Of a stretch of 64,000 nucleotides of DNA, positions 1 through 14,300 are shown one piece after another. Below the pieces are notes generated by a model. That model ran no database searches, was not told where the DNA came from, and worked only from the letters and a program-made list of their open reading frames with translations. The stretch's first letter is position 1. Every line of letters starts with the position of its first letter. Both the position numbers and the translations under genes were made by a program. Source of the stretch: Raillietiella orientalis (Eukaryota); contig JAYWIR010000009.1 of NCBI GenBank assembly GCA_036172245.1, positions 558,001 to 622,000 of the forward strand. The letters are read 5' to 3'.

Positions 1-1500
1 GGGCGAAGAGGCAGCTCCTTCAGATGACAGATGCTTCTTCTTGCGTCTGTTCTCCGCATCCAGAGACGTGGTGCCGGCATGATCCCGCTCTTTTTGTCCG
101 CATCAGCGCGCGTGGAAACGCGGTTCCCAGAGCGCCGTCGCGATTCACTCCCCACTGAAACTTGAAGGTCGCGCCCCTGGTGGCCATGAAGAGTTCAACC
201 AGTCGATTGGAAACCACCAAACCAATGGCCATCGGGAGAACGGAGCACTTCCTTCTAAGATGGATCTTCACCAGACTAGACTTGCTCCTCTTCTGAAGTG
301 CTCTTGAGTTCTCCTTTCGGAAGACGGATGCTCCGCGTGGATGCATTCTCGTGCGCGCTACCGCGATCTGTAAGCAGCAAGATCTGCAGACTAGCGGCCG
401 CTGTTCCCCCGCCACCGCGGCTGCCGTGTCCATTTCAAGGGATTCGGGAAACCGCGGCAGGAGGTGAACGCTGACCACGCGACCAGCCACCACTTCTGCT
501 GTTCCTCGCTTCACGATGCGCTCTTTGTTTCCTTCCATCAAGCGGCGTAGGAAGCAGCCTCCTTGGAGACGCCGATAGGGGATAAATCTTCCCTTTCTCC
601 AAAGCTTCCTGCTCTTTCGTTGCCTGCATTCGCGATCGGTCCGACTTGAAGATGGCCGTCGCGCTCTAGTAGAGGAAGTTGGGGAAGCGGGTCGGAGACC
701 TTGAAGCCTTTCTGCGGAAGGAACGGAGGTGCAGCGAGCCAGGAGTGACGAGACGGGTACCTGATGGGAACGATGATTTTTGAGCGGCATCAGAGTGCGG
801 TTTGCTTTCTGGAGAACTCTCGCCTGCTGGACTCCAAAGGAGGCACCTTTCACCTGCTGTTGGCCCCAGGATGGTCTCCTGAAGTGCAGCCGAGGTGTGT
901 CCCCAGATGCTCGACGCCAAGTAAAGCATCGTAGAGTGATCCTCCAAGGGAACCTCTCCCCCGCTCCTTGGATGCTCTTTGACCATGAGCTTCGACCTCA
1001 CTCTTTCAGTCCACCCGGGAGTGGCTGTGCCGTGAGAGGGACTGTGCCTGTCCATGATGCAGTGGTCTCCCCAAGTTTCAGTTCCTTCCAGAAAGCCCCC
1101 TGGTTCCCTACTTGCGAGCAAGATGGAGGGCTCTTGTTTTTCCAGTGCACCTTGATCTACGACGCGTGATCAATCTGCTAGGACTCAACTGCTGTGGAGG
1201 ACTGACGGAAAATTCTTCCAGGAAGAGCAGGATTCGAGAGTAATGAGGGGGACGCGGAGCTGCGAGAGCGGACCGACCTCCTGGAAGTGGCGAGCTGTCT
1301 TCCCCACCAGAGACAGCCTTCTCTCCAGGAAGAACGAGGTCGATCATCGGCAGCTGCACAAAAACACCTGCGTCGGGTTGCCCGATGGGCCCGAATATCT
1401 AAAATCCTTTTCCCGAATTCAAAGCCGAATCCTTCCGTCTTTCGAATCCGAGAAATCCCGGCGAAAAGGATCCTGTTCCGCAGACTTTAGGAAGAGAGCG
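1..1500 (-). mobile_element. Degenerate 5' (zinc-finger) region of a NeSL/Utopia-like non-LTR retrotransposon, cut by the window start
   Basis: Minus ORF 20-853 has decayed C2H2-like motifs (LVCRSC..., TFKFQWG...CRHHVSGC), similar in style to the N-termini of the other minus-strand copies. Confidence 0.4.
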
Positions 1501-1571
1501 TTCGGATTCAGATCGCAGCGCGAAGGGGTATGTGCTTTGTGTGCGCATGCACGCGTGTACACGCTCATACG

Positions 1572-1591
1572 CACACACACACACACACACA
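1572..1591. repeat. (CA)10 microsatellite
   Basis: Direct reading. Confidence 0.95.
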
Positions 1592-1639
1592 AAATGGAGC
1601 CTCCGCGATCGGGCAAATCCTACCGGATCGGGAAAGAGA

Positions 1640-2450
1640 TCCGTTCCCTTGGGGATTGTCTCCCTGGCTGGAGGTAAGGTGATTGGGGCAATGAAGGTTG
1701 CTCGGCGTCGGGTTTTTCGCGCGCTTTCGGCACGGCGCGCTCGGCCAGTTTCCCAGAGAGGCCACGGCAGGGCGCGCCATCACCCGCACTGTCCATGGTG
1801 GCACTCACTCCGGGGAGAGAGCCGATGACGCAGCGACGGTGCTCGGAGGTTTCGGTAAGGGAGCTGCTCGTGATGAACGTGGCCGCCGTTCGAGATGCAC
1901 CACCTCCGGGTACACCTGCTTCAACACCTCGTGGGTGTCAGTCTCATGGCTCTCTCTTTCCTCTCCCGCTCCTTCTTGTTTTCTCTGGTGGCCTTCTTCC
2001 GAACCACATTTATCCACCTTAATGACCTCTTGTTCTCTTTCCTGCACGTGTAGTCTCCGGGTGAGCGCGAATAGTGCACCTTGGCGCTTGTTTGCGAGAG
2101 GACCTCCGAAAACGAGACGAGTGTTGCAGGACCTCACATCCGGTTGTCTTCATATTCCTATCGTTCCCTTGATGAGGTCTGCAACACCTCCGGATTGGAA
2201 GCATTATAGGAGGGAGTGCAGTTTGTTGGGACTGACTCGCCAAAGGAGAAGGGACGGCGAAAACTTCGTGGGCGAGGTTAAGCAGGAAGTGTCTACGAAT
2301 CTCTGCAGTGGAGGAACCTTTGCTCGGACAGCTGCTGCGTAGAAACTCCCAGAAGGCACAGGAGAGCAGATGTTGGGATGAAGACGTCAGCATTCCAGCT
2401 GAGATCTGAAATTTTCCGGTGGCTTATTTTTATTTTATTTTATTTTTGTT
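1640..2450 (+). mobile_element. Decayed 3' end of a Tx1/L1-like element
   Basis: zf-RVT-like VSWLSL...CFLWWP..HLST...CTC, then a T-rich 3'UTR (ttatttt)n like the other copies. Confidence 0.4.
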
Positions 2451-3799
2451 TGAGAGGTAATCTGAAAACGCGTCATTCTTATGAAAGTTTGAGACTTTGA
2501 CGCACATCGGAGTTCAATCTTCACGCTTGCATCAGCGTCATACGTCGGTCATGAGTGCTCTGCGTTGGTCCCGATGCGCGCGAGCAAGATGCCTTGCTAT
2601 GCACGTCACGGGGTCGTCAAGGAGACCCCGTTTCCATGGATATCGATCCCGGGAACGCAAACGATTCATTTCACAGTGTCACTTCCGAAATTAAGCAGAT
2701 CCAGGGCCTTATTCCTTCTTTCGAGACGTTCTTAATAAAGACCGGATACGTGCAATCAGAAAGAGCAACCAAATATGCGGCACAAGACATGAAGCTAAGT
2801 GCAATCCCTCCAAGCTCAGCGTCGCGTTGTCATTGGGATAATTGATAACTGAGAGTCCTCGTTATTGATTTCTCTCTTCAACATCAGTGCCTTACGTGTT
2901 TCTTTTTTTCTTTTTTCTTGTAAGGAACGGCAACTTTGAAGCAGTCGGCAATAACCGAAGATTGCCTGCTAAGCTGGGAATAACCTTAGTTTCATCTTTT
3001 ATCCGTTTTTCCTTCCTGCCCTTAAAACTGGCCGCTGTGACTGCTGTCAAGCATGAAAGCAGCAACATCTATATGATAGCAGATGAGGTTTGTTCGGAAA
3101 GGAGAGCGTGGCAATTGGGGAACACGACACGTGTGAAATGGGAACGATCTGGAAGCTTTCGAGGGTCCGGGATTCTTGAGGATGCGAGCAGCACGCAGAT
3201 CATCGAAGGGACAGAGAAGGCCTTTGAGCTAATCTCGGACGAGCACGCGTCACACAAGTGGCGTAGGAAAACTTCAGGTGACAGCTTGCCTGCTGGAGCT
3301 TTCCGCCAAACCCCAGAGGGGAGCTTCGGAAAAGTCATCCGGTTTGATACGCGGCAGCGGTGGCTTGGCTGTGCCAGAATTCTGGCTCCACAGGTGCTCG
3401 CTTTGGCAGATTACCCAGAAGGCGTGAACTTCAGACCACTTTGAGATGGCGCACTTCCACCATGTGGCAGTGAAATGGCGTTCCCTGCGCTATAGATTGG
3501 CAGGGCATGACGTAGTTGCAGAGTTGCTGCTCCTGGTTTTGTCACTTGATCAATGAATGGAGGACAAGAAAATAGCGTATGCCGATCCTCAATGAGCCGG
3601 CCTGTCCTCGTTTCTTAGTTTGCCTCGCGTTCGTTGCGAAAGGAAAAATGCTCTTCCAGAAATATCCAAGAATAAGGGGGCACACGTTACGGGTCAGAAG
3701 GATCGAATTCGATGACGGGATCCCGAGACCTGGATTTCTAGTTCCTATTGTGCTTTTCGAGAAGAGAAAAAAAACAGCAAAAAGCAAAAATCTGGGAGC

Positions 3800-6700
3800 T
3801 CCCTGAATTCTTCCAGATGCGTATCGTTCCCCAAAGAGCAAGGCTCCCTTCATTAGCTCGGTCTGCACAGAGCTACTGCCTCGAGAAGACATTATATCCG
3901 TGCTGTCGGGTGGCTTCACTGGAACCGAAGAGCTCTGAAACAGAACGATTTGCAACATGCTTCCTCCCCCTATTCCTCAGCCTCTGCAGATTCTTCCGAC
4001 GGCATTCTGTTTTGAGTTTTGCATGTGATTTTTAAAAACCAGTGTGTGAGGCATCACCCTTGCACTTTGTCCACACGGCTGTTCCCTGACCCGGGTACGT
4101 TGGTGGGTAGACTTCACAATAATCAATCAGGTTTCTTGTCCCCCGAGGTGATCAGTTGAGAGAGAGAAGAGATTTTAACGGTGGGATTGCCTTGTGCCAA
4201 CATACCCTCAATAACATGCTCACGGTGATAATCAGGAAATCGAATTGTGAATCAGCTTCCACCATGGATCGGTGAACAGCGTCGTTCACCACGATGCCCC
4301 TTCTGCACAAGTCCTGGGAGTTCTGGTTCCAGTTTTTGGGGGATGCCGAAATAGCACCGCGAGTTTCAGTGGAAGAGGCCAAACATGCAAACTGTTTGTT
4401 TCAGGACAGTCCTATTTGCCAGGATCAAGCCAGAGATTAGACCGGTCTGAGAATCCAGTGAGTCGTGTCTCTTTGGCATCTCTTAGCGGGTTCTTGATCC
4501 GTGGTGTGCCGGTGAGTGTGGCTCAGCAACAAACCTTCATTAGAGATGTACACCCGGATTGTTCCTGTAGGCTTTTTTTGAAAGAAAGGATGTGTCATAT
4601 GTCAACTGTGGTTCGTATGACTCTTCAGGCATTGGCAGCCATCGGCACTTATAATCCAATGCAAAGAAGGATGTTGATGGATGAATCAGCATTCTGCTGT
4701 TTGATGAACAGCATCCGTTTTATGGACTAGCATTCCATGTGCCACATGATTTGCGCGACTTGCTGCGTTAGTTGAGGCTGGAACATACCCTCCAGTGAGA
4801 TGACGTGGAAGTCGTTGGCATTCTGCTTCTGGCACACCAGGAAAAGCTTTTAACGTCCATTTGACGATCGAAAGAAAAGTCGGAAAGTAGGATAATCATT
4901 TTGTGATTCCAGGTAGTGCCTCGCTATATGAGGAAGCATTTAGAAAAGATGCAGTCGACTAATCTCTGCATTCAAGTTTTTTACTGTCAACAGGATCACA
5001 AATACCAACTGCAGCCAGATCTTGTGGGGCCATGGCTCCTACTTGCAGCATATCGTGACCTCTGCTTACTGGCATGCCACTTGTCAACATCTCTGCGAGG
5101 GACACTTGCGTGAGTCAGCACCGAATTTCGAAAGCACGGACATCCTTCCACATGGCAGATGTGATGATGAACAAAACGCTCTTCCACTGTCTATGCTTCC
5201 TGGGCTGATCCTGGATCCTGGACCTTCACCCTTCTGTTTACGCTGCTTCTGTGAGTTTCCCTGGCTCTCTCATCCTCCCTCCCACCACGCAATACTCCCC
5301 ACTGTCTAAACCCTATTTCCTGGGGACATCCCTTGCATGCAATCCGGAGAACGAATCCTTTCCTCCTCTCCTTCGCTCTTCGGGTCTCGGTGATTCCGTG
5401 AAGCGCGCTTTGGCATGTACTTGGAGTAAGCGCCTTCCTTCCTCACGCTCCGCACGCTCACGCACGTGCAGCAGCGAAAAAATCATGTATGGGCACGTGG
5501 GTGAGTGCTTCCTCGAGAGATGAAAACAGAAAAAAATTCAAAAACTTCTCTTGAGCTCATCTTCGGATGATTCTGCATGATCCATTCTGGATGAGGCACA
5601 TGGATTTGGTCCATGAGACAATCTGACAGCAAGACTTCCAGGAAAATTGACTCGACAGATCTCGCATCCATTCCAGATGGTTCTCGGAAAGCGAAGCTAG
5701 CCTAGGAAAAGAGAACGCTAACTCTCACCCATGGAGCTCCTCTTACCCTTTGAAGATGCGAGTTGGACCATTACCAGAGAGGAAGGAGATACCTTGCAGA
5801 AAAACCATCTTCTCAGAAAGAACAAAACACGGATATCGTGGAGAAAAATCAGCATTCCAATGGAAGGATATCGAAAGAAAATAGCTCGGTTCCACAACCG
5901 AAAAAACAAACCTCCTGGTGGTGATGGATGTCATTTATGACCTACCGGAGGAAGGAGGGGGGGAAAAGGGGAGTAAAGGGACAATGACCGGCGTTTCTTT
6001 ATGAAGACCCCGAATGGAAAGTCTCGTCAGACGAGAGATCCATTCTGTGGATGTTCCTCCCCTTTAAGGAACATCCAAATGCTGTTGCACAGGTGGCTCC
6101 TTGTCTAAAGCACTCTGAACTTGATCTGGGCCCTCTTTTTAAGAAGAGAAAGCCACCCACATTAGGTCTCTCTCGTATTCCATCTGTCATTTTCCTTCTC
6201 TTCGGCAAGCCATGCGGATTCCTTTTAGGGAAAGCGTTCCAAAAAGGGAAGGAACATCTTGAGGGTGTGAGATGTGACTCCTTCCAGGCTGGGGTCACCA
6301 GGATCAACAGCAACGGAGAACGGCTTAGATGACATTCGATGAACTCAGGACATCTTCCAGGGACTCGAATGTGGACAATACATTCATTTTTTTTTTTTGA
6401 GATACCAAGGCGGCATTCCCGAGGTGACCTCGGAGCCCAAGGTTTTCTGACTCTTTACATGAGCTGCCGTAATGCCACTGTTTTACTGCACCTCTCTCGT
6501 ATAGAGCAGCGCTCCCACACCTCAACGGAGCGACTTCCAAGCACACCCTCGGGTGGACAGAATGTCTGAGGCTGCAGCTAGGCTGGAGATGATGGTACAC
6601 TGCCGGGAGGCCTGCTTCCAAAGAGAGACTCAGGAGGAGCTCCTCTCTTCGCGAGAGCCTTTCCTGCTACATTTTCCCGGAATATTCTCTTCGGATAATC

Positions 6701-7750
6701 TAAATCACTTCTCCAAAAACGCTCGCGGCTGCGACGAATATACCAATTATCGAAAAAGATGATGGCGTTTGGGTTTATCCACTTCATTGCGGCTATATAA
6801 GTGGCCAAAGGTCTCTCGGAGGCAAGGACGACCCATCACTTCTGTGCTCGTTTTGGTCGGAGAAAGGAAGTGAGAAGAGTGCTCTCTGCATGAAGGAACG
6901 TTCCATGATGTCGGTTGCTCTCCACTGAAGAGAGAGGAGGACATCAGCCTTACCCACCGTCACGTGGCAGCTCTGCCAGGAAACCCCACCGACGAGCACC
7001 GATCATTAGGCCGCCATTTCCTCTTTTCCTGCTCCGTGCTAAGTAGTGGCCGCCGAGGTGGGAACTGAGGCACATCGTCACTCCATAAGCTTTCCCCAGC
7101 CTTGGGAGGCATCGATTAGAAGAACCCAACCCTCACCTTCTTCTGAGCTGCAGATTGGGCTGGGAATGGTGGCAAACGCCTCTTTTCTTCCGGACGGCCA
7201 TCTTCGTTACGTTTACTCATCCAAAGTCCATTTTTACCAGCGTCTGTAGCCACGGCCCTGCGCTACAGATCCGTGGCATCGATGCAGCGCGACCTCGCAC
7301 AGCCTGCGGGCGTCCCGACAGAGAGCGCGAGCGCTGCAGATGATCCTCCGTGTCACTGCTGGAGACTATGGAAATCGTGCCCGTTAGCGGGCGGTCCTTC
7401 GGTAGCGAGAATGCCGCAAAGGAGTGGACTATTTCTTTTCTTTCCTGCTTCTCTATTTCCTTCAAACCCGTCCTCCTCTTGCCAGGGATTGAGTGAAGCG
7501 ATGCTCACGGCCTGGTTTTCTGAGGACGTTCCATTGCCGTCGGGACTTTTGGGACTTCGGCTGGCGCATCCGCGCGCAGTGGTGCTTGTTCTGCAATCCT
7601 CGACGACCTTTAGCCCTGGCTTCCTATTTGGAATCCTGGAAGACAAGGGACCGTTTGTGCTCTGCTGTTTCTTTGGCTAGGAGCCGAAGCTCGCGGTTTG
7701 CGAGCGGTCGATCGCGGAAGAAGCGGAGACAGAAACATAGTAGCCTGCAA
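3800..7750 (-). mobile_element. Near full-length, heavily decayed NeSL/Utopia-like (RLE) non-LTR retrotransposon
   Basis: Ordered minus-strand remnants: zinc finger (RCLPRLGKAYG..CLSSHL, ~7100), linker homologous to 11650-11850 (~6130-6250), pre-RT (DARSVESIF...EVFEFFS, 5483-5671), RT (AMWKDVRAF, ~5140), post-RT (IKRMLFIK, ~4710), knuckle (QDLCRRG, ~4300) and endonuclease KPD (~4130). Many stops and frameshifts. Confidence 0.6.
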
Positions 7751-7879
7751 CGACGGCCTTGACACCTCCGTAAGGTCTTTGAAGTGGGGTTTGTTTTCTC
7801 GTCTTTGAGTTCTTTTTGGTCTCGGACTACGGCACTTCCGTTCTACCCCCTGAGGTTTTCACCCGGTGACTCTGAGACG

Positions 7880-9905
7880 TTAATTTATAATAGCAAACTA
7901 CAAGGAAGAGGGGAAAAGAATCCCCTCAAAAACAAGAAATGCCAAAAAAAAAAAAAAATTCTTTCAGGTTAACCACCAGCATGCAGGACGACTTCTAAAA
8001 ATTGGGAAGCGGAAGGAGGGGACAATAGATAAATAAAAAAGGCAGGAGGGTGGAGGCAAAGGTCTTTGGTTAAAGGTGTTCCTTTCCTTCTAGAAGCGAC
8101 TCTGAATGATCTCTCTGGCAACTTCTGGCAGATGAGACCACATTGCTGCTGTCCTCATGAAGGCTGCTGACATTCTATCGATCTCTATTCGTCGCGAACT
8201 TGACTTCAACATATGACAGACTGTTACTATGGAGCGAATGAAACAGATTGTTGCGATTACAGCGCTCTTCTTCAGCCAGCGTCTAATGAAGAAGCGTTAC
8301 AGCAGTCCAAAGAGGTCTTCTGAGAGTTCTTCAGGGCACTGACTCCCAACTGGAGGTGCGGTATTGATTCCATTGCCTACACCTCGAACAGATCGAAGAG
8401 GCAACTCTTCCGGAAACTAGGTGTCTGCACTGATTGAACTGGAACCCCCAGTGCAGCAACAACAGAACATGCTCTTTCCAGGGTAGCGAAAATACGGAGG
8501 TGTCCACGCTAAGGAAGAAGACTACGAGTTCTCCGGGGGACACACCAAAGAAGTTCCACTAGAAGAACAACCGGGCCCTCCCCCTGAAGTGGCAGGAGTT
8601 GTCACTTCTGCTGCTGCACTGGGATATCCCGCGCAAAGCCCTCCGGTCTCACTTGACCTGGGGGACTGTGAACCCCAACTGTTGCAGATGCGGAAACGGT
8701 AATCTTTCCTGCACCTGCTTGAAGACTGCGTTGCCCTCCGGCCCCTGTGGTTGCCTTACGCAATGGCACTTGACGAACAATCTCCGGGAAGTGACGAAGC
8801 GCCTCTTCGTGCACGATGCCCTTTTTCCTGCTGCATCCCCAGCAGCTCTTTGCTGTCTACGAGGGAATGTAGCGGCCTGGAGCTACGCGAGAGGAGGACG
8901 GAAGGAGAGGACGCCATCTGCTTTGCTTTGCGCTTACTGCGAGCGGCGACAAGATGGCCCCACCTGGGGCATACCTCTGAATTCTTTCCAGGATACCGGC
9001 ATCTGCCGGTATCCCGAAAGAATTTAGAGGACGCCCTCCAGAGAACAGTGATCGCTTCCCGTGCCCCCTAGAGTTTTTTTATTATTGCTTTTTATTTTTG
9101 TTAGCCCTCTGCCCCTCCGCTGCCAAGGCGAACCTCGCCAGCCTGCGTGCCGGTTACTCGGCAGGTTCCGAACATTTTTGGACGATGTAGGGCCGATGAC
9201 CCTAAACATATATGTTTAGTATTTTTTATAATAAACGCCACGGCGTTACCGGGTGTTAAATCAAGCAGGTCATTTCATTGGAGGAGCCCCTTCTCCAGGA
9301 AAAGAGTGACAGCGTTCATCAAATCGCTCGTCTTGCAGCCGTCCAGGAGTTTCTCGACTTCAGCAATGTTGCAAGAGAACTCCCACCCCGCCGTTTGACT
9401 GCTGTCATCGTTTGCCCTGAGGACACACAGTGCTGCGGTAAGGGCTGTGAAGCTATCTGGGATCACTGTGTCCAATCCTGCAGGAGATCTCCCAGAGGAT
9501 TCCGAAGGAGACTTTGCAGCAGTCGTACTTCCTCTGGGGGCGCTTCCAAAGAGGCAACCAAAGACTCCAGAGCCTCCTGTCTCAAGGAGTTACAGTTTAT
9601 GGGGCGACAGAAGATCCACGAGTGGACTACTTGTAGATAGAACAGATGCCTCAGGGGGTAGCCAAATCCGATCCCACGGCGTAGGTTGCGCTGCAGAAGC
9701 GAAATCCTCGGGCAATGCGCTGGAAGCGCGTTGCCCGAGGATGTGGCGTGCCGGAGCACACCAATGGGAAGACCACAATTTCCCACACAGGGAGAGAAGT
9801 CGGAACTTCACCTGTAGTCCGATCTTCTCAATGCTCAGGGTGCCCAAGTCAGCGTCGTGGCGCGGTCCATCGAGACTTTCAGGCGGATCCGGGACCTTAA
9901 AGAGC
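7880..9905 (-). mobile_element. Tx1/L1-like element 3' portion, interrupted at ~8830-9262 by an oppositely oriented LINE 3' end
   Basis: IEKIGLQVKFRLLSLCGKLW (L1/Tx1 LSL.GK motif) and CSRC..ESIPHL knuckle; clear nucleotide homology to 16580-17000, 30000-31000 and 32300-33240. Confidence 0.75.
8830..9262 (+). mobile_element. 5'-truncated LINE 3' end (Tx1-like) nested in the previous element
   Basis: ORF end ...LEDALQRTVIASRAP*. The 3'UTR (ctcgccagcctgcgtgc...tactcggca...aataaacgcc.cggcg...ccgggtg) is closely homologous to 34690-34850 and more weakly to 20900-21015. Confidence 0.65.
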
Positions 9906-10249
9906 CCATGAAACGTTTCGTAGGACGCGCTGCACCCGGATCTTCACCGAATGAGGGGGTGGGCAAACAAAAAATAAAGGGCGGAGAAGAGGGTAACAAA
10001 AGTGTTTCAGATGACTGCCTGAGGTGCCTGTGTTTCTGCCCGCACACTTCCTGGAGGAGCCGATGGCTTTTCCTCTCTTTTCCTGCATCAAGGGAGCGAC
10101 GGCTTCCTATGTTTCATCCTCCTTTCGCTTTTCCTTCTTTGCTCCTCCAACGCATTTTCTGTGAGGTCACTGTTGCCTGCAAGGTGGCGTGTGGGCATAA
10201 TGCCTTTCAGTTGTTTTAGCCAGCAGCTCGAGAGTTCTCCGCGGCCCCG

Positions 10250-11200
10250 TTGAAACGAGCTGCTTTCGTACCGTCGGGGCTCGCCGTCTCCTGGAGATTC
10301 GATGATGGGACACGCCCTCTTCTGGTGCCTCAAGCCTCCCATTGCGGCCGCATATCTGCGCTCTACTTCACGTGCCACATCTCGACGACGACTACGTCAC
10401 CTGCCTGCAGTACGAAGAATCCCTTTCAGGTCGATTACCGCCGCTCGTGCTGAGCTCAGCACATGGTGAGCTTTCTCCAAACCCTTGGACGGGGCGAAGC
10501 TCGTGCGACAGCCCGTGGACAGCGGCATGCTGCTTTAGCGCCTCAGCAATCTCACAACCCGAAACCCATGTTCCTAAGGTGCAGTAGTAATGATCTGCCC
10601 TCCCTGGACGGTAGTATCTACCGCCCGTCAATGCTCAGCATAGCCCATAAGAAACGGTCTGCGAAAGCGGCGTCTCTTATCGGCACGGCCAATTCACTGT
10701 GCTCCTCCTGAGCATCACGAGGGGCAGTCCAGCCGCTCTCAGAGTGCCCCATCCAGCTGTGCTAATCACCCAGCTCGCGCGTGACCCCTTTGGAAACGAA
10801 GCTGATCGCCTTCTATTGGAGAGCGAAACTGCAGCCTTGGTCCATGTGCGCCCACGTCTCTTTTCTGTCCAGAGATGTACCGTGGATGGCAGCATCCCCC
10901 TCCCTGTCTTTCCATGAGCTCGCGGATGACGAGTTTCGACCCTGGAAAGCTCGGATTCACGCGGCTGGAAATCCTTCCAGGAGTAGCTCCGGTGTTTCCT
11001 CCGGCTTGGTGCGAAGCCGACATCGTGCAAGAGCTGGACACCTCTTCACGAAACTTACACTGCCCACGACAAAGAAAGAAAGTAAACGAAACAGCATTCG
11101 GACTGCACACACGGGTGCAAAGCACTCTAGAGAGTCGATAACCTCTCCAAGGTGGTCTCTTTCGGGTCAGCAACTCCAAAACAAAGCCCTCTCGAACGAG
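10250..11200 (+). mobile_element. Decayed post-RT/zinc-knuckle region of an R2-like (RLE) element
   Basis: FWCLKPPIAAAYL, FYWRAKLQ...VPWM...KARIH and TRLEILP...WCEA..QELDTSSRNLHCPR resemble R2-type CxA..ET..H..CPR motifs. Confidence 0.45.
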
Positions 11201-11329
11201 TCAGAACTGCAAAATACACGTCTGCTCTCGGCATGCCTCCAACAAGAAGAACGGGAAGGGGTGGGTGATGTCACTGTTTTCTAGAGAGTCTGACCACAAG
11301 CTCTCTGAGGGCACCTTTCATTTCTCACT

Positions 11330-14300
11330 GTAGGGTGGCCTACTCATCTCATTTATCTAAAATGAATGGATTTTTCACAGTTGAAAAAGAATGCCGATAC
11401 GTTGCTCGTGCGGAGCGGGTCTACTTCGCTCCCTTGTCCTTTTCTTGTGAATGGTCTGCCACATCCAGCACAAAAGGAGATTTTTCTGCCAGAACGCAGA
11501 ACCCTGATATTTGCCTCACTGCTCGCTGGTTTCAAGGCATTCTCGTGGACATTGGTCGAGATCCTCAATAAGTTCCAGCGGCTCTCTCCCGACTCCTGAC
11601 GAGCGCTTCTTCCCCTCTTCACTTTGCCACGTACCTCTTTTCGAGGATGATGTCATGAAGCTGTTAAACAGCCCAAGTTTTAAGTCTCGAGAACCCCAGT
11701 TCCAGAAACAAGTTGGTTTTCTGTTGCTGCCGCCCACATTGGGTCTATCTCTTGTTCCTTCTCCGTCATTCGCCCTCTTTCCGGCAGAGTATCTGGATTC
11801 CTCTTAAGAAAAGCGTTCCGAAACGGGAAGAAACATCTCTTTGTTTTCACTTTCAACTTTGGATTGCAAGAGAGTGCCAAAAAACTCTAATAAAGATGAA
11901 TCGGAGAATACAGAGAAAGATGAGGGCGCTGACCGTGACCACCCCTTCGTCTTTCCTTTCCATTCGTTGCTTCAGTTTCCCGCCAAGCAGTTTTCTAAGT
12001 CTAACTCCTCTCTTCGTCCGGGCAGGAACTTAGCAGTCCAAGAAAAGAGTCAGTCTTGGATTACCATGGAGAGCCTTTTTGCTGCCTGAGGAAGCACCAT
12101 TTCCTGGCCTACAAGCATGTGATCGACTGAGAAAAAATTTCCAGCTCCTTGCCCTTCCAGGAAAGAGGAAAGCTTCGAGCCATTACGAAAATGACGAAAG
12201 CAAATGGCTGAGCAGTCCACTTGCTTTAGTCTTCCATATTAAAGGATTCCAGCTTTTTATAGAATGAAATAGCAGATACAGGAAGGAAATGCTCCGATCT
12301 TTCGATAGACGTGCTGCTTCTTTGAAGATGATATCTCAGAAGCTGCAAACTTGGAGGATTCAGTTCATCCTTTCCGTTTTTTTTGCCTGCACAGCTTCTT
12401 GGACTTTTGTTTCTATATGCGACGAGTAGCCCCATCCTCGAGTTGGAGTGTGACGGCTTCTCGGCCTGTGTGAGGCCATTTTGTCAGACCTGAACAGAAT
12501 CCTCCGATTGAGGGTTCTAAGAGGCGAAGACTTTCCCTGAGGATTAGATGGATGTACAGTATCGGCCGTCACTCCTGTCGATCCTGAGAGTACTGCACGC
12601 ACTTCCTGTAATCCTGCTTTCTGGCGCGATTTCCGAAGTCAAGAAACGCCACTGTGCGCTGCATTTTAAGATCTTCCGTCTCCCAAAGCGGTTTTCTTTC
12701 ACACTTTCTCTCCCCGTTCCTTGCTCATGTTTCACGGACGTCGAGGCTGTGTCGAAGCATGAGGTCCTCCCTTTTCCCTCGGAGTATCGAAAACGACACT
12801 TTGACAGCAAAGGTTCAAGGATCCCTCGAAGGGTACGCAGGTTACAGCGACTGAGAAACTGGGAAACTCACTTGCTTCCGTACAATCTTCAGCATCCACG
12901 AGGATCGAGCCGAGAGATGGAAAGGGAAAGCGTCAAAAAAGCTCTTCCGTTGCGGCTCCCTCCAGGTTGCCGGGAAGGAGTTTGCAAACGCTCTGGAGGA
13001 AGTGGCAGGCGTTCCCGTCTTTAGAACTGTGCATATCGAGGGACATCACGAAAGATCGTGGAAGAGATGCATGATTTCGGTGTGCTCGCGGGAAATGCAA
13101 AGAACAGGCGGAACCTTCGCTGATTTTTGCTCTCTGCCCCTGCTCTGTGCTTTCCTTCTCATACTGCCCTCTTGAAGAATCACTGCGTTAGCCATCCGCA
13201 GCAAAACATCAGAACCTACTTTCCATCCCACTCATGATTCCAAACAACCGTTTCTGAGTAAATCTGCCACGTGATGCATCGTCATCCGCCGTCGTGGCCC
13301 ACTGCACCTTTCCTGCAATCCCGAGCTCTCCTGATTCCCCACACTTCACCCCCAGAAGAATCTAATTACCTTGAACGATCCTCCAGCTGTTCATTGTATG
13401 AACAGATCGCATAGTCCACATTTGAATGCGTTTTCCCAAAACCCTTTCCATCTCATGCATCCTGAGCAACTAACTGTAATTTTCTGTTAGCGTGAGGCGA
13501 CTGCATCTCACTTTTGGAAGGATTTCTGGACCCCGTGAGAGCTTCCCTGTTCTGTGCTTTCACTACAAGGTCACCTTTTTCTTTGCCAAAGTGCAAGCAG
13601 GAACTGTTCCGCAGCAAGGGCATTTCGCATCCCCACGTATTGTCCGCATCAGCGTCTCTTAGCTACCTTCGAGAAGCTTGCTTCGTCTCCTGCTTTACCG
13701 GAAGTGTGGCTTTTGCAAAGATTGGACAATGCAGCTGCGACTGAATGATTTCTCCTCAGACTTCGTGAGCTTATCTCAAGCGTTTCGTGAGATAGAGCAT
13801 GTTTATGAATTCAGCGGCATGGTCTCAAATCCTCTTGGGAGCATGTAGTTAATTTTCTTCAAAGGAACATATTTACAGACAGACTTTCGATTCTCTAGCC
13901 ATTCTCAACCAAGTCATCACGAGACCAAGTGATGAGACGTCTATTTCGGCTCAAAGTACGAGACAAACTCTTACAGCACATTTGCCTTTTTCTTCCACCC
14001 CTTTTCCTAGGGTTTCCCAAATGCACTGGAATCTGGCGTTCCTATTCTCAAAAGCCAGGTCTACGGATGGCTCTACCACTGAAGAATAAGGAAGGGAAAA
14101 TGAAGATGAAATGAGAAGCTGCACAGGAAGTAAGATGTTGGTCCGGTGTTGGCCTCAAGAACCTTCACCACAGAAATAATCTCGGAACCTTCCAATCAAG
14201 TGAAGATGGTTCAAAGCTGCCATGGCACCCGGTGATGACATTTTCCTCAGTCGGCGTCCCCGAAACTGAGTTTCGTTGCACAGGAAATTCAATGACGTCA

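Noticed and set aside
6130..6250. NAF(P/L)KRNP motif (also ~11810) as a pogo/CENP-B transposase
   Set aside because: In both copies it lies between zinc fingers and the pre-RT region of NeSL/Utopia-like elements, with no DDE domain nearby.
9202..9219. 18-bp palindrome CTAAACATATATGTTTAG
   Set aside because: Short, AT-rich and not conserved in the homologous 3'UTR at ~34785-34810.
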